Positions 49,845 through 62,819 of a stretch of 64,000 bases of DNA are shown here, piece after piece. Origin of the DNA: Ranitomeya imitator. Its lineage: Eukaryota. The DNA is taken from NCBI RefSeq assembly GCF_032444005.1, contig NC_091282.1:655898001-655962000 (forward strand). Direction: 5' to 3'. The translations under genes were made by a program, and so were the position numbers. Position 1 is the stretch's first letter. Each line of letters begins with the position of its first letter. The notes beneath the pieces are model-generated. The model saw only the letters and a program-made list of their open reading frames with translations, was not told where the DNA came from and searched no databases.

Positions 49845-50066
49845 TTATATCAAGTCAAAGTCCAAGGTATCAATGCTGGCAATGGGTTCTCGCCAGAAGT
49901 TGAAGGCAGTGTACTCAAGCAGGGTGTCTTCCTCTATGGATCCAGCTTTGGAAGTCTTGGTCGTTGCTTCTAAGCCAAGGCACTCCAGTTCAGAGAGATC
50001 CAATTCTGGGATGGGAAGTTTCCAGAACAGAAAGGAATCATATTGGCTGCTTAGTGTGTCCCGCAT
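49845..50066 (-). CDS. MLLT11: MLLT11/AF1q protein, 73 aa
   Basis: MRDTLSSQYDSFLFWKLPIPELDLSELECLGL...LLEYTAFNFWREPIASI matches AF1q. AG acceptor 6 nt upstream of the ATG (50073-50074). Same strand as, and upstream of, GABPB2. Confidence 0.95.
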   Translation of the reverse strand: MRDTLSSQYDSFLFWKLPIPELDLSELECLGLEATTKTSKAGSIEEDTLLEYTAFNFWREPIASIDTLDFDLI

Positions 50067-50099
50067 TATTAGCTACAAATGAAAAACAAATAAAAAACA

Positions 50100-50650
50100 T
50101 AAATTGTCACCTAAATGAAGAAGACATCACTTAGAAAGTAAAAGAGAATACAACATAATATAGAATACGAAGGTGATGACAAAATATCATGTAGAAAATG
50201 AAAGATGTGACATACACCTAAAAAAATGTGACATACAATATCATGTAGAAATTGAAGATTAACGGAAAAACATTAATTAGAAAGCAAACTAAGGAGAAGG
50301 CAAAGTAAAAATAAAAAAAGAATGTATAAAAATGTATAGAAAATGAAGAAGACTTAATATCAAGTACAAAATGAAGAAGATATCAACTGGAAAAGGATGG
50401 ATAAGAAATCATATCAAATAGTAAACAAATGAAAATACATGAACTAGACAGCAAACTAAAGAGAAGACATGAAATAGAAAACAAAGAAAAATGTATAATA
50501 TCACTTAGAAAATGAAGAGACTTCATATCATGTCGAAAACAAAGGAGAAACTATCACATGGAAAATGAAGGAGAAGATATCACGTAGAAAATGAATAAGA
50601 CTTAATGTCATGTTGACAGTGAAGTAGACATAATAACGTGGAAAAATGAA
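50100..50650. repeat. Purine-rich degenerate repeat (TAGAAAATGAAGAAGAC-like) in the MLLT11 intron
   Basis: Recurrent AGAAAATGAAG motifs with a strong strand bias. Confidence 0.6.
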
Positions 50651-53101
50651 GGTGAGTATACACTATAGATTTTGTATGGCCCATAAGGATGCCTTAACCC
50701 ATTTTCAACCAGAAAACATCTTTTTGTGACACTAATTTGCCTGACAGTGACCACCAATGGCAGATATGTTTTGAAAAGTTGATCTACTGTCTTGGACTTT
50801 CTCAGAAGGATCATTCATGGTGAACTACAAATCTACATCTTGTGAGTGGAAACTGAGAAGGGATCATTTGTGGCAGTGATTGGCCAGTGATTTGTTGTTT
50901 TAACTTACGGCCTAAGACGACAATCGTCACAAACCATAAACGACAAGCATGTCAGTCTGAGGTCACTAATGTATGCACTTAAGGAGAAGAGATATGGAAG
51001 CAATAGCTTTGGACTTGGGATTCTGCCCTGAGAAGGTCCCCTTTCTCCTCACCATCAGCGCTTCTGGGAGCCCATTAATGAGATGAGATGTACCTGTTTT
51101 TTTTTCCTTGAGGTCCTTTTCTCTAGTCTCCTAAATCCAGCCACCGCCCTGCACACAGCTCCCTCTATTATGTATTCACCATGACTGAAATAGCACCGCA
51201 CATTCTGCAGTGTGCCCGCCACACCCATGACAGTAGCAAACCATCACCCAGCTATTAATAAAGACAACTAATTTTACAGTCCCCTCCAGATCGCATCAAA
51301 GATTGGACACAATATGATGAATGCATCCGCCTAAGTGTCCAGTACTAAATACAATAATCAGCTTTTATTACATATTGTGGCACTGGATCATTCATTTACA
51401 TTCCGCCCACACACTACATCAAGGATATCGGGAATTCTCCAATGTTTGTGCCTACCCCACACAAAGGCAATCCCCTTCTCTGATTTCAATCCTATCCTTC
51501 GTCAAGAAAAAAAAAATTGTAGATAATGCAAGCGCCTTCTAAATTATTAATAAATTTACAGCAAAATTACGAGAATGTAGTAATAGTTATCATGTGCAGT
51601 CAGTGGAATGATGTGTCCATGGATGGATACAATACTTCAGCAGGAGATGGATTGTTATATATTAGATATAAATCAGAAAGACGTATATGCAATAAATATA
51701 CATTCTGTGTTATATTAGATAGAATTGCATCATTCGCCTGGTAGTGATCTGGTTGCCTTATTAAACTCAGCTTTTCCTTCCATTTGGCAGTGCTTCCAGA
51801 TAAATAGATTATAATGAAATAAGTAGATAAATGGATACACTGCATGGGATTAGGATGATGGTGGTGTTCGTACTTACGATATAGGTAATGAAGATGGGGA
51901 TGCTGCAAAGGTGCTGGCGGCAGGCAGGGTATTGTCAGGGCTCCTCCTGGATACAGGGAGGTTGTAAGGCAATCTTGTGTGTGGCTTTGTCTGTATGTGA
52001 GACAGCAACTCCTCCTACCTAACACCTCTATCCTCTCACAGCAGAGGATTCTGGGCCAATGATTCAGCCAAATTCTGCTGGATGCTCATTACTTTAAATG
52101 ACAACTCCCAGCAGGGACTGGATATTCTAGTGTGTTCCCTGGAAGGAGCCAGAAAAGAAGGGACATCATCCCCCTCCCAAGGACAGACACTAAATAACAC
52201 TGAGGAGAGATGTTATAAATGGCTGAGATGACTGTAGCATCAACTAGTCTAAGAATTATAATCTGTCCCTCAAAGGGTTAAATGAAATGTAGTAAAAGTT
52301 GTTATAAATCATTTATACCATACGGTCCATAAAGTGGAAGAGATTTTCTGAAATCTCATAAATTTTTTCACCATAGATTTCACTTTTTGCAATCTAAACC
52401 AAATAATGTGTCTCTCATGCATCTGGAGTTGAACTGTGTGTTCTATGGTCAGCATCTCTTAGTGCTGAGGCACAGCAGATACACCTTTTCTTTGGTTGTA
52501 TTAATTCTGTTATCTGTGTTTCTGTTGGTTTTGGGTAACAGATGTTTTTCATTTACTCTGTCTGCCCTATCACCTTTCAGGTGCAACTTTATATACCTTT
52601 CCCTGCTGGTATTTCCTGCTGGTGATAGTCTTTGTTGGATTCATTTACTTTGCTGTAGTTTCTGTTGGTTGCAGATGTTTTGTGTGTGATTCCTTTATTG
52701 CTTAGGGAATTGCTACTCTTGCGATTCTGGGAGCTGCTAAGGGTTTTCAGGGTAACCTGCGCTGTCGAATGGGGGCACCATTGCATTATTTTATGGTGCC
52801 AAACTTCATAGTCAGGCATGGACATACCAGGATAAGAGAAGGGCTTTTTCCTCATCTGAACATTGATCTGTCAGGTTCAGGTATTTGTTATTCTGGGTTG
52901 TATGCTACCTGTGTGAATGTGCTTTGGCAGCCCTATGCTGTGCCCTTGAATTAGTAACTTTCCCGACTGTGCTCCCTGCACAAAATATAACCATCACATT
53001 ATCATTTTTATGTACATGGCCGTCATACAGGGCACGCCAATAAAATATTAGCGCCACACTGTCCCACTTATGAACTACAACTGCCACACTGTTCAGCCTT
53101 A

Positions 53102-54151
53102 TCTATATACCGTACATAATTGTCTAAGGGGTACTTCCGTCTGTCCTTCTGTCATGGTTATTCGTTCGCTGATTGGTCTCGGCAGCTGCCTGTCATGGCT
53201 GCTGCGACCAATCAGCGACGGCCACAGTCCAATTAGTCCCTCCCCTACTCCCCTGCACTCACTGCCCGGCGCCCGCTCCGTAATCCCCACCGCTCACACA
53301 GGGTTAATGGCAGCGGTAACGGCCCGCGGTGTAATGCGCTCCGTTACCGCTGCTATTAACCCTGTGTGTCCCCAACTATTTACTATTGATGCTGCCTATG
53401 CAGCATCAATAGTAAAAATAGGTCATGTTAAAAATAATAAAAAACAAAAAACCGGCTATACTCACCCTCCGCCGCCTTTCTCGCTCCTCGCCACCCTCCC
53501 GGGACCGCTCCATTGCAAGCGGCAGCTTCCGCTCCCGTCCCAGGGCTGGTGTGCGGCAAGGACCTGCCGTGACGTCACGGTCATGTGACCGTGACGTCAT
53601 CATAGGTCCTGCTCACACCAGCCCTGGGACTGCAAGCTGCCGCTTGCAATGGAGCGATCCCAGGAACGTGGCGAGGAGCGGCAAAGGCGGCGGATGGTAA
53701 GTATAGCAGGACTTCCAACGGGCTATAGGTGAGTATATGTTTATTTATTTTTTTTAAGTCTCTATACTACGTGGCTCTGTGCTGGGCAATATACTATGTG
53801 ACTGGGCAATATACTACGTGGCTCTGCTATATACTATGTGGCTGGCCAATATACTACGTGACTGGGCAATATACCGTACTACGTGGCTGGGCAATATACC
53901 ACGTGGCTGGGCAATACGTGACTGGGCAATATACTACGTGGCTGGGCAATATACTACGTGACTGGGCAATATACTACGTGACTGGCCAATATACTATGTC
54001 ACTGGGCAATATAATACGTCGCTGGGCAATATACTACGTGACTGGGCAATATACTGCGTGACTGGGCAATATGCAACGTCGCTGGGCAATATACTACGTG
54101 GACATGCATATTCTAGAATACCCGATGCGTTAGAATCAGGCCACCATCTAG
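53102..54151 (+). mobile_element. Non-autonomous Helitron-like element with an internal 22-24-bp repeat (~53760-54100)
   Basis: Starts TC and ends CTAG, inserted between A (53101) and T (54152) with no TSD. Subterminal imperfect hairpin CCCGAT..ATCAGG just before CTAG. Confidence 0.75.
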
Positions 54152-54605
54152 TTAGCTATAACCACCACACTGTATGCACCTTATTAGATATCACCGCCAC
54201 ACTGTCCTTCCTTATTAGACATAACCACCACACTGTTTGCCCTTAGTAGATATAACTGCAACACTGCCTGACCTTATTAAGTATAACCACCTAACTGTCC
54301 GCCCTTATTAGATATAACTGCTACACTATCTGCCCTTATTAGATATAACTGCCACACTGTCCGCCCTTATTAGATATAACTGCCCCACTGTCCCCCTTAT
54401 GAATTACAACTGCCACACTGTTCGGCCTTACTAGTTATAACTGCTACACTGTCCCTTTTATGAACTACAACTGCCACACTGTTCGGCCTTACTAGTTATA
54501 ACTGCTACACTGTCCCTTTTATGAACTACAACTGCCACACTGTTCGACCTTATTGACTATTACTGCCACACTGTCTGCCCTTATTAGATATAACTGCCAC
54601 ACTGT
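54152..54605. repeat. ~31-bp minisatellite (CCCTTATTAGATATAACTGCCACACTGTCCG), continuous with ~53050-53101
   Basis: Units on both sides of the Helitron. Confidence 0.85.
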
Positions 54606-55504
54606 TCATCTAACTTCAGCGTCTCCCCCTTTATGCTGCCCCCTTTCCATACTGGGCCCCCTTTTCACATTGCATACTTTTCCACACACTGCGCCCTCAA
54701 ATTGTCCCCTCATTCTGCCCCCTCTCTATAATGTGCCTGCTTACACTGCGCATCTGTGGACTGTATTGTATTGATCCTGTTTATATGTGATCACTGTCTA
54801 AACTTGTCATCTTGCTGCGATGATGAGTGGTGATAAAATTGTGGCTTACTGCAGACTTTAGGACGAGTGCAGGTAGAAAATGACGGCTGGTCCATAACAC
54901 TACAAGTTGCATTTTACAAAATGCAATGCAGTTCAGTGTAGTTTTATGGCATAGATCTATAAGTCCTGATTAGTATGATCCCCATGATTTATTGATAAAT
55001 TCTATATCTACAGTGAGAACTGACCGGCAGAGTAGTGATATTTTTATTTAGCCCTGAGAATTTTTCCAGCTATGCCAAGACAAAACAAGGCCCAAGAAAA
55101 GCAAATAATGCCTTGTTTTCCTTCATGTCCAGAAATAGCCCAGCAGAGAACAATGCCTTCCCTTCCTATGGAACTACCTAAAGCCTTGGATAACAAATAT
55201 CCATTTCCCAGAATTCACCCCGGCCACTCTAGTTAATGGAGGCAGTATATGTAGTTCCTGTTCTGAGGAGGTAAATGTACCTTATCAGGGGTTGATCAGT
55301 CAGGAGCGAATTCACAAAATATGCACGCTATTCCAAACAAGTCATTTTTCAACATGTGCCAATGTGCATTCATATGAAGGGGACATTTAAAAGGCACTGT
55401 TGTATTTTGCTATACCTAGTTAGTGACAATCAATATTGCTAAAATCCAATGTACAGATGCTGAAATCATGATATCCTACTTTCGAAAGGCAGGTTTCTCC
55501 TTAA

Positions 55505-55770
55505 AGGGAACCTGTCACCCCCAAAATCGAAGATGAGCTAAGCCCACCATCATCAGGGGCTTATCTACAGCATTCTGTTACCGCTATGGTCCGGGTCCAA
55601 TGGGCGTCGCGGTCCGGGTCCTCCCATCTTCATAGGATGACATCCTCTTCTTGCCTTCATGCTGCGGCTCTGGCGCAGGCGTACTTTGTCTGCCCTGTTG
55701 AGGGCAGGGCATTACAGAATGCTGTAGATAAGCCCCTGATGACGGTGATTTTGGGGGTGACAGGATCTCT
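55505..55770. mobile_element. Internally deleted Kolobok/T2-type MITE related to 45394-45937
   Basis: TTAA TSD; AGGGAACCTGTCACCCCC / GGGGGTGACAGGATCTCT; shares GGGGCTTATCTACAGCATT. Confidence 0.78.
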
Positions 55771-57699
55771 TTAAAAATGTGATATATATGTCGGACCCTA
55801 CAAGAGATGATTGATTACCTGCTAATTATTTTCCAAAATGTTGTGATCTGAGACTACAGTTTAGCTGCACTTTCTACTGGGACTCCGAGGTAGTCTGAGA
55901 CACACCTTCTGTCTCATTGGTTCAGGGTGTCAATTTTTACTTAAATTATATAAATCTCATGAAATAAGGACATTAAAAGTAAGCTCAAAGTTGGAATAAA
56001 AACTCATTGTACATTTTAGGCTGTTATTTGGGTTATGGTCACATGACTGTGAGGCAGAAAGTAATCTCATAATTCAAGGGTCAAACATTGCGCCTTGCTA
56101 GCGACTTTTACTGAGGATTGGGAAAAGTCTGGAATTTACAATTGTTTTTCTATCAACTTTCTTAATAAAAGTCCGGTCTGTCATTATGGTTTTTTAGTTA
56201 CACCCTGAACATTTTACTTTCCTCCGATTCTGAGCAAATGGTTTCTAATGCATTCTCCAGACCTGAGGTAACCGGAGAGTGATGCTGTGTTGGGTTCCCT
56301 TGAAGTCAACACGTTAGGACTTGTATGAAGTACGATTCATAGTGTGACTCACCCAGGACGGGCTCTGCACTTTTCAGGCCTCAAGAAGGTGGAAGGCGCG
56401 TGGGATTAAAATGTAGAGATCAGAATGAGGAGATGGAATGATATACCAAGAAGGAAATGTAACTGTATTTATGGAATCGCCCAAGTGTCGAGTGGACATC
56501 AGTGGTTTCCTCTCATACAACTTAGTTAATATAATTTTTTTCCAACTCTAATTCATACTCTATGCAAGCTGCAAACCCACTAGACCATGCCCAAATAGAT
56601 GCCATTCCACAGTGATGACTAAGTAGAGCTCCAGGCTCTTGTTATCATCAGGGTATCACCATGTAGACTTTGCCTCAATAGATGCCCTCTACTTGTGATT
56701 ACTAGGTCCATATCTATGCCTTTGTAAGCATCCTGCTAGTCACCTTGTATACCATGAGAATGCCGTTGGTATACTTTTAGGTATATACTTTATTTATTTT
56801 TTTACCTGTGCGGGAGGGTAAAAGTAAGGGTGCTTTCAGGACGAAAGAGCGTGGTAACAGCGATATTGTATCCATATTTCATCCTATAATCTTTAAATTG
56901 TCCATTGTCCTTCTGTGTTATGTCATCCTAGATAAGTAACCACTATTGTGTGAGTCTCTTCTTCTCCCTCCACCCTGGGGAAGTAAGTTTCTCAGCATTG
57001 GGAAAGAGTTTGACGCTTGTAGCCACCTCCCTCCCCCTCTTTCTTCGCCTTGCACTTTCCATCTCGTCCACTGCGAGTGCTCTGTGAGATTCTGAACAAA
57101 CACAGTGGAGAGCAGAAGCATTTCCTTATTCTCACACAGGAACCACACCTCACTGGAGACCTCAACTTCACAGAAACTTTACACCAGCTGCCCAGAAGAC
57201 CAGAAAAGCCAACCTGTGACTTAGAGTTTGGCAGGGTCACCGACACCAGGTAATAATGGGTTCTGCGGGTCCCCACACTAGCTGAATCTCTTTACAATTC
57301 TCTATCCAACACATGATCTTTAATCTTAAAACAGTCTTCATCTAAACATGTATCTGCAAACTTTATATAATTCTGTAAAATATTGCTGCATTTTTTTTCT
57401 TTTTGTGTTGAAATCAAAAGTAGGATTATGTTATTTCTGGAGTTGCTCCAGTGCTGTGTGGAAATTTCCTTTGAGATGAAAAGATTCATAGATTACGGAA
57501 TAATGTAGGTTGCTCCTGGGAAAACAAATTACGGAGGTTAACCCCTTGACTACGGATGAGGTTTCATTCTGCTTGGGTCAGTTGCGGCCTTGATCGTGGA
57601 TGTTCAGCTTAGTTATTTGCCTCTACTCTTTAGGATGGCTCCATGTTACTACCAAAGTCTTGCTCTCTGTACATTGTGATATGATTGACATTCTTTTGG

Positions 57700-57950
57700 G
57701 TCGTGATCATGCCGGCTTAGTTCTTTGGCTTGTCTACTATAATCGTAAAGCTCGAGCTGCTTCAATGGTGGAACAACACAAACCATTTTGAACCAACTTT
57801 TAAGCTTTAGACATCAAGGTGAAGCCCCGATCACACAACTCCTGTGATATTTTGTTCAATCCTTTGATAATATTCTCGGATATATCAAGAACTTTTTTCT
57901 GCCCTAAGTGAAGATCAATACAATAGACTTTTTTTATGTACTACACAGGA
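57700..57950 (-). pseudogene. Possible decayed L1/Tx1-type ORF1 fragment
   Basis: Minus-strand translation with stops IREYYQRIEQISQELCDRGFTLMSKA*KLVQNGLCCSTIEAARA loosely resembles LINE-1 ORF1 C-termini; weak. Confidence 0.25.
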
Positions 57951-58477
57951 AATTATTATTGACCTGCTTGCTAAATGTTTCAGCCATAGTGATTACCATT
58001 GGTCAATATGTAATGAATTTAAGATAATCTTGTGGTGCAACCGGAAGTCTACCTTAACCATGAATTCGAACCCTTGTGTAGCAGTTACCAATAATTGTAC
58101 TGGTTGGGCCTGTGGTCCTCCAGACCCTTTGAGATCCTGTCTCCATCTCTCTCCCATTCTCATTACGAATTATAAAGCACAGTGTTTCCATATGTGATTT
58201 ACTAGGTCAGCAAGGAATTAAAAATTCTAATATGGCCCATGGGGAAGGCCCAGACCTTCAATGCTCTGCATCTTTCAGGAGCACTTGAAATACTTCAGGA
58301 CAACCTAAACAACAGGAAGGAATCCTATTTTTATTTTACTTCCAAAAAAGATGAAAATGGTAGAGACATTGTTTAAAAAAAGAGTTGAGCCTTGAAGCTT
58401 TGCAACATGATGATGGTTGGATAGTCCACAATCCTGGTGTGTAGTGATCTCTATGTTGGAGGGAAAGTGACAACTAA

Positions 58478-58897
58478 GGCTACTTTCACACTAGCATTTC
58501 TGCAATCCGTCACAATGCGTCGTTTTGCAGAAAAAACGCATCCTGCAAAAGTGCTTGCAGGATGCGTTTTTTTCCCCATAGACTTGTATTGACGACGCAT
58601 TTGCGACGGATTGCCACACGTCGCATCCGTCGAGCGACGGATGCGTCGTGCTTTGGCGGACCGTCGGGAGAAAAAACGCTACATGTAACGTTTTTTGCTC
58701 CTGACGGACCGCTTTTTCCGACCGCGCATGCGCGGCCGGAACTCCGCCCCCACCTCCCCGCACCTTACAATGGGGCAGTGGATGCGCCGGAGAAATGCAT
58801 CCGCTGCCTTCATTGTGCAATGCGTTAAACACTAGCGTCGGAATCTCTCCCCGACGCATTGCGACGGGGAGATTCCGACGCTAGTGTGAAAGAAGCC
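58478..58897. mobile_element. PIF/Harbinger-type MITE
   Basis: GGCTACTTTCACACTAGC / GCTAGTGTGAAAGAAGCC; TAA TSD. Confidence 0.82.
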
Positions 58898-61074
58898 TAA
58901 TTGTAAGAGGTTATTGGTCTTTATTTTACACTCTCCCCTTCCTTAACTCTTTATATAAGGTGAGTTATATAACCTGAGTATAGGCTCTTGTAAGCCAGTC
59001 ATGATGGAGGGTTCTAGGTGTGTCCATTATCCATGACTCAGGATAAAAGGGAAAGGGACACTGTGCAGCATGAACAAGGTATATCATGTTTTATCAGGCA
59101 GGTAAGTGAAATGACGCCGCGATGAAGGTCAAGTTTCAAGCCATGAGAATTGCAGTCTATAGGGGAAAATTAAATGGGTGCTCCGGGATTAAGTAAATGG
59201 GGCAAACAATAGCTGATAACACGAGTTGCTGTGATTTCCTAAAATACTGAGTGTTACATTTGTTTGTCCCCACTATCCATTCTATGCATGCAAACAAAAA
59301 TTTCCCAACCCACACCTCCTGAGCGTGACAAAGTGGCTCATTTTAATCCATTTTTTAAGATGTTAGGGATGTCATTTTTCCCATATCTGCTATGTCCAGG
59401 GGTACCCATTTAATATGATTTCATACAATCATGTATTGAAACAAAAAACATAAGCTCTGTTTGCCTAGAGCCCATGAGGTTTAGATGGGGGTGGGGTTTG
59501 GCCATGGACAGTGCAACTATATTTTAACCCCTGTGACATATTCCAGGATATATTAGTAGTACAAAACTAATTCTATATTTAATCTGTCTACAAAATTTAC
59601 CTTGTACATAGTGACAGTGTTATAATAGTTATATTCTTGTACATAAGGGCAGTATTATAGTAGTTATATTCCTGTCCATAAAGAGCGGTAATATAGTAGT
59701 AATATTCTTGTCCATAGGGACAGTATTATAGTAGTTATAGTCTTGTACATAAGGGCAGTATTATAGTAGTTATATTCTTGTACATAGGTGGCAGTATTAT
59801 AGTAGTTATATTCATGTACATGGGGCAGTATAATAGTAGTTATATTATTGTACACAGAGAGCAGCATTATAGTAGTTATATTCTTGTACATAGGTGGCAG
59901 AATTATAGTAGTTATAATTTTGTACATGGGGCAGTATTATAGTGTTTATATTGTACATAGGGAGCAGTATTACAGTAGTTATATTCATGTACACGGGGCA
60001 GTATTACAGTAGTTACATTCTTGTACATAGGGGCAGTATTATAGTAGTTATATTCTTGTAGATAGTAGCAGTATTATCATAGATATATTCTTGTACATAA
60101 GGGCAGTATTATAGTAGTTATATTCTTGTACATAAGAGGCAGTATTACAGTAGTTATATTCTTGTACATAGGGGCAGTATTATAGTAGTTATATTCCTGT
60201 CCATGGAGAGCAGTAATATAGTAGTTATATTCATGTACATGGGGCAGTATTATAGTAGTTATATTCTTGTACATAGGAGCAGTATTATAGTAGCTATATT
60301 CTTGTACATAGAGGGCAGTATTATAGTAGTTATATTCTTGTACATAGGAGCAGTATTATAGTAGTTAAATTCTTGTACATAGAGGACAGTATTATAGCAG
60401 TTATATTTTTGTACATAGGAGCAGTATTATAGTAGTTATATTCTTGTCCATAGGAGTAGTATTATATTTATAGTAGTTATATTCTTGTACATAGGAGCAG
60501 TATTATAGTTGTTATATTCTTGTACATAGAGGGCCATATTATAGTAGTTATATTTTTGTACATGGGGTAGTATTATAGTAGTTATATTCGTGTACATAGG
60601 AGCAAAATTATAGCAGTTATATTCATGTACATAGGAGCAGTATTATAGTAGTTATATTCTTTTACATAGGGACAGTATTATAGTAGTTATATTCTTGTAC
60701 ATAGGGGCAGTGTTATAGTAGTTATATTCTTGTACATAGGGGCAGTGTTATAGTAAGTATATTCTTGTACATAGGGGCAGTATTATAGTAGTTATATTCT
60801 TGTGCATAGGAGCTGTACTATAGTAGTGATATTCTTGTACATAGGAGCAGTATTATAGTAGTTATATTCTTGTACATAGGAGCAGTATTATAGTAGTTAT
60901 ATTCTTGTTCATAGGAGCAGTATTATAGTAGTTATATTCTTGACCATAGGAGTAGTATTATAGTAGTTACATTCTTGTACATAGGAGCAGTATTATAGTT
61001 TTTATATTCTTGTACATAGAGGGCAGTATTATAGTAATTATATTTTTGTACATTGGGCAGTATTATAGTAGTTA

Positions 61075-62819
61075 CAGTTATATGAAAAAGTTTGGGCACC
61101 ACTATTAATCTTAAGCTTAATGTTTTATAAAAATTGTTTTTTTTTGCAACAGCTATTTCAGTTTCATATATCTAATAACTGTTGGACACAGTAATGTTTC
61201 TGCCTTGAAATGAGGTTTATTGTACTAACAGAAAATGTGCAATCTGCATTCAAACAAAATTTGACAGGTGCATAAGTATGGGCACCCTTATCATTTTCTT
61301 GTTTTAAATACTCCTACCTACTTTTTACTGACTTACTAAAGCACTTTTTTTGGTTTTCTAACCTCATTGAGCTTTGACCTTCATAGCCAGGTGTATGCAA
61401 TCATGAGAAAATCTACTTAAAGTGGCCACTTGCAAGTTGTTCTCCTGTTTGAATCTCCTCTGAAGAGTGGCATCATGGGCTCCTCAAAACAGCTGTCTAA
61501 TGATCTGAAAACAAAGATTATTCAACATAGTTGTTCAGGGGAAGGATACAAAAAGCTGTCTCAGAGATTTAACCTGTCAATTTCCACTGTGAGGAACATA
61601 GTAAGGAAATGGAAGAACACAGGCACAGTTCTTGTTAAGGCCAGAAGTGGCAGGCCAAGAAAAACATCAGAAAGGCAGAGAAGAAGAATGGTGAGATCAG
61701 TCAAGGACAATCCTCAGACCACCTCCAGAGAGCTGCAGCATCAACTTGCTGCAGATGGTGTCACTGTGCATCGGTCAACTATACAACGCACTTTGCACAA
61801 GGAGAAGCTGTATGGGAGAATGATGCGAAAGAAGTCCTTTCTGCAAGCACGCCACAAACAGAGTCGGCTGAGGTATGCAAAAGCACATTTGGAGAAGCCA
61901 ATTTCTTTTTGGAAGAAGGTCCTGTGGACTGATGAACCCAAGATAATATAATAATAATAATTTTTATTTATATAGCGCCAACATATTCCGCAGCGCTTTA
62001 CAAATTATAGAGGGGACTTGTACAGACAATAGACATTACAGATTGAGTTGTTTGGTCATACAAAAAGGCGTTATGCATGGCGGCCAAAAAACACAGCATT
62101 CCAAGAAAAACACTTGCTACCCACAGTAAAATTTGGTGGAGGTTCCATCATGCTTTGGGGCTGTGTGGCCAATGCCAGCATCGGGAATCTTGTTAAAGTT
62201 GAGGGACGCATGGATTCCTCTCAGTATCAGCAGACTCTTGGCAATAATGTTCATGAATCAGTGACAAAGTGGAAGTTACGCAGGGGATGGATCTTTCAGC
62301 AAGACAATGATCCAAAACACCGCTCCAAATCTACTTAGGCATTCATGCAGAGGAACAATTACACTGTTCTGGAATGGCCATCCCAGTCCCCAGACCTGAA
62401 TATCATTGAACATCTGTGGGATCATTTGAAGAGGGCTGTCCATGCTCGGCGACCATCAAACTTAACTGAACTGGAATTGTTTTGTAAAGAGGAATGGTCA
62501 AAAATACCTTCATCCAGGATCCAGGAACTCATTAAAAGCTACAGGAAGCGACCAGAGGCTGTTATTTTTGCAAAAGAAGGATCTACTAAATATTAATGTC
62601 GCTTTTCTGGTGGGGTGCCCATACTTATGCACCTGTCAAATTTTGTTTGAATGCAGATTGCACATTTTCTGTTAGTACAATAAACCTCATTTCAAGGCAG
62701 AAACACTACTGTGTCCAACAGTTATTAGATATATGAAACTGAAATAGCTGTTGCAAAAAAAAACAATTTTTATAAAACATTAAGCTTAATAGGGGTGCCC
62801 AAACTTTTTCATATAACTG
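61075..62819 (+). mobile_element. Tc1-family transposon, same family as 14964-16575; transposase disrupted
   Basis: Same TIRs and TA TSD. ORF from MGSSKQLSNDLK is broken by a 95-bp insert at WTDE and by a TAG near 62336. Confidence 0.95.
61945..62039 (-). mobile_element. L2-type 3' tail fragment inserted into the Tc1 catalytic region
   Basis: TGTAAAGCGCTGCGGAATATGTTGGCGCTATATAAATAAAAATTATTATT on the minus strand; AGAT duplicated (61941-61944, 62040-62043). Confidence 0.8.
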
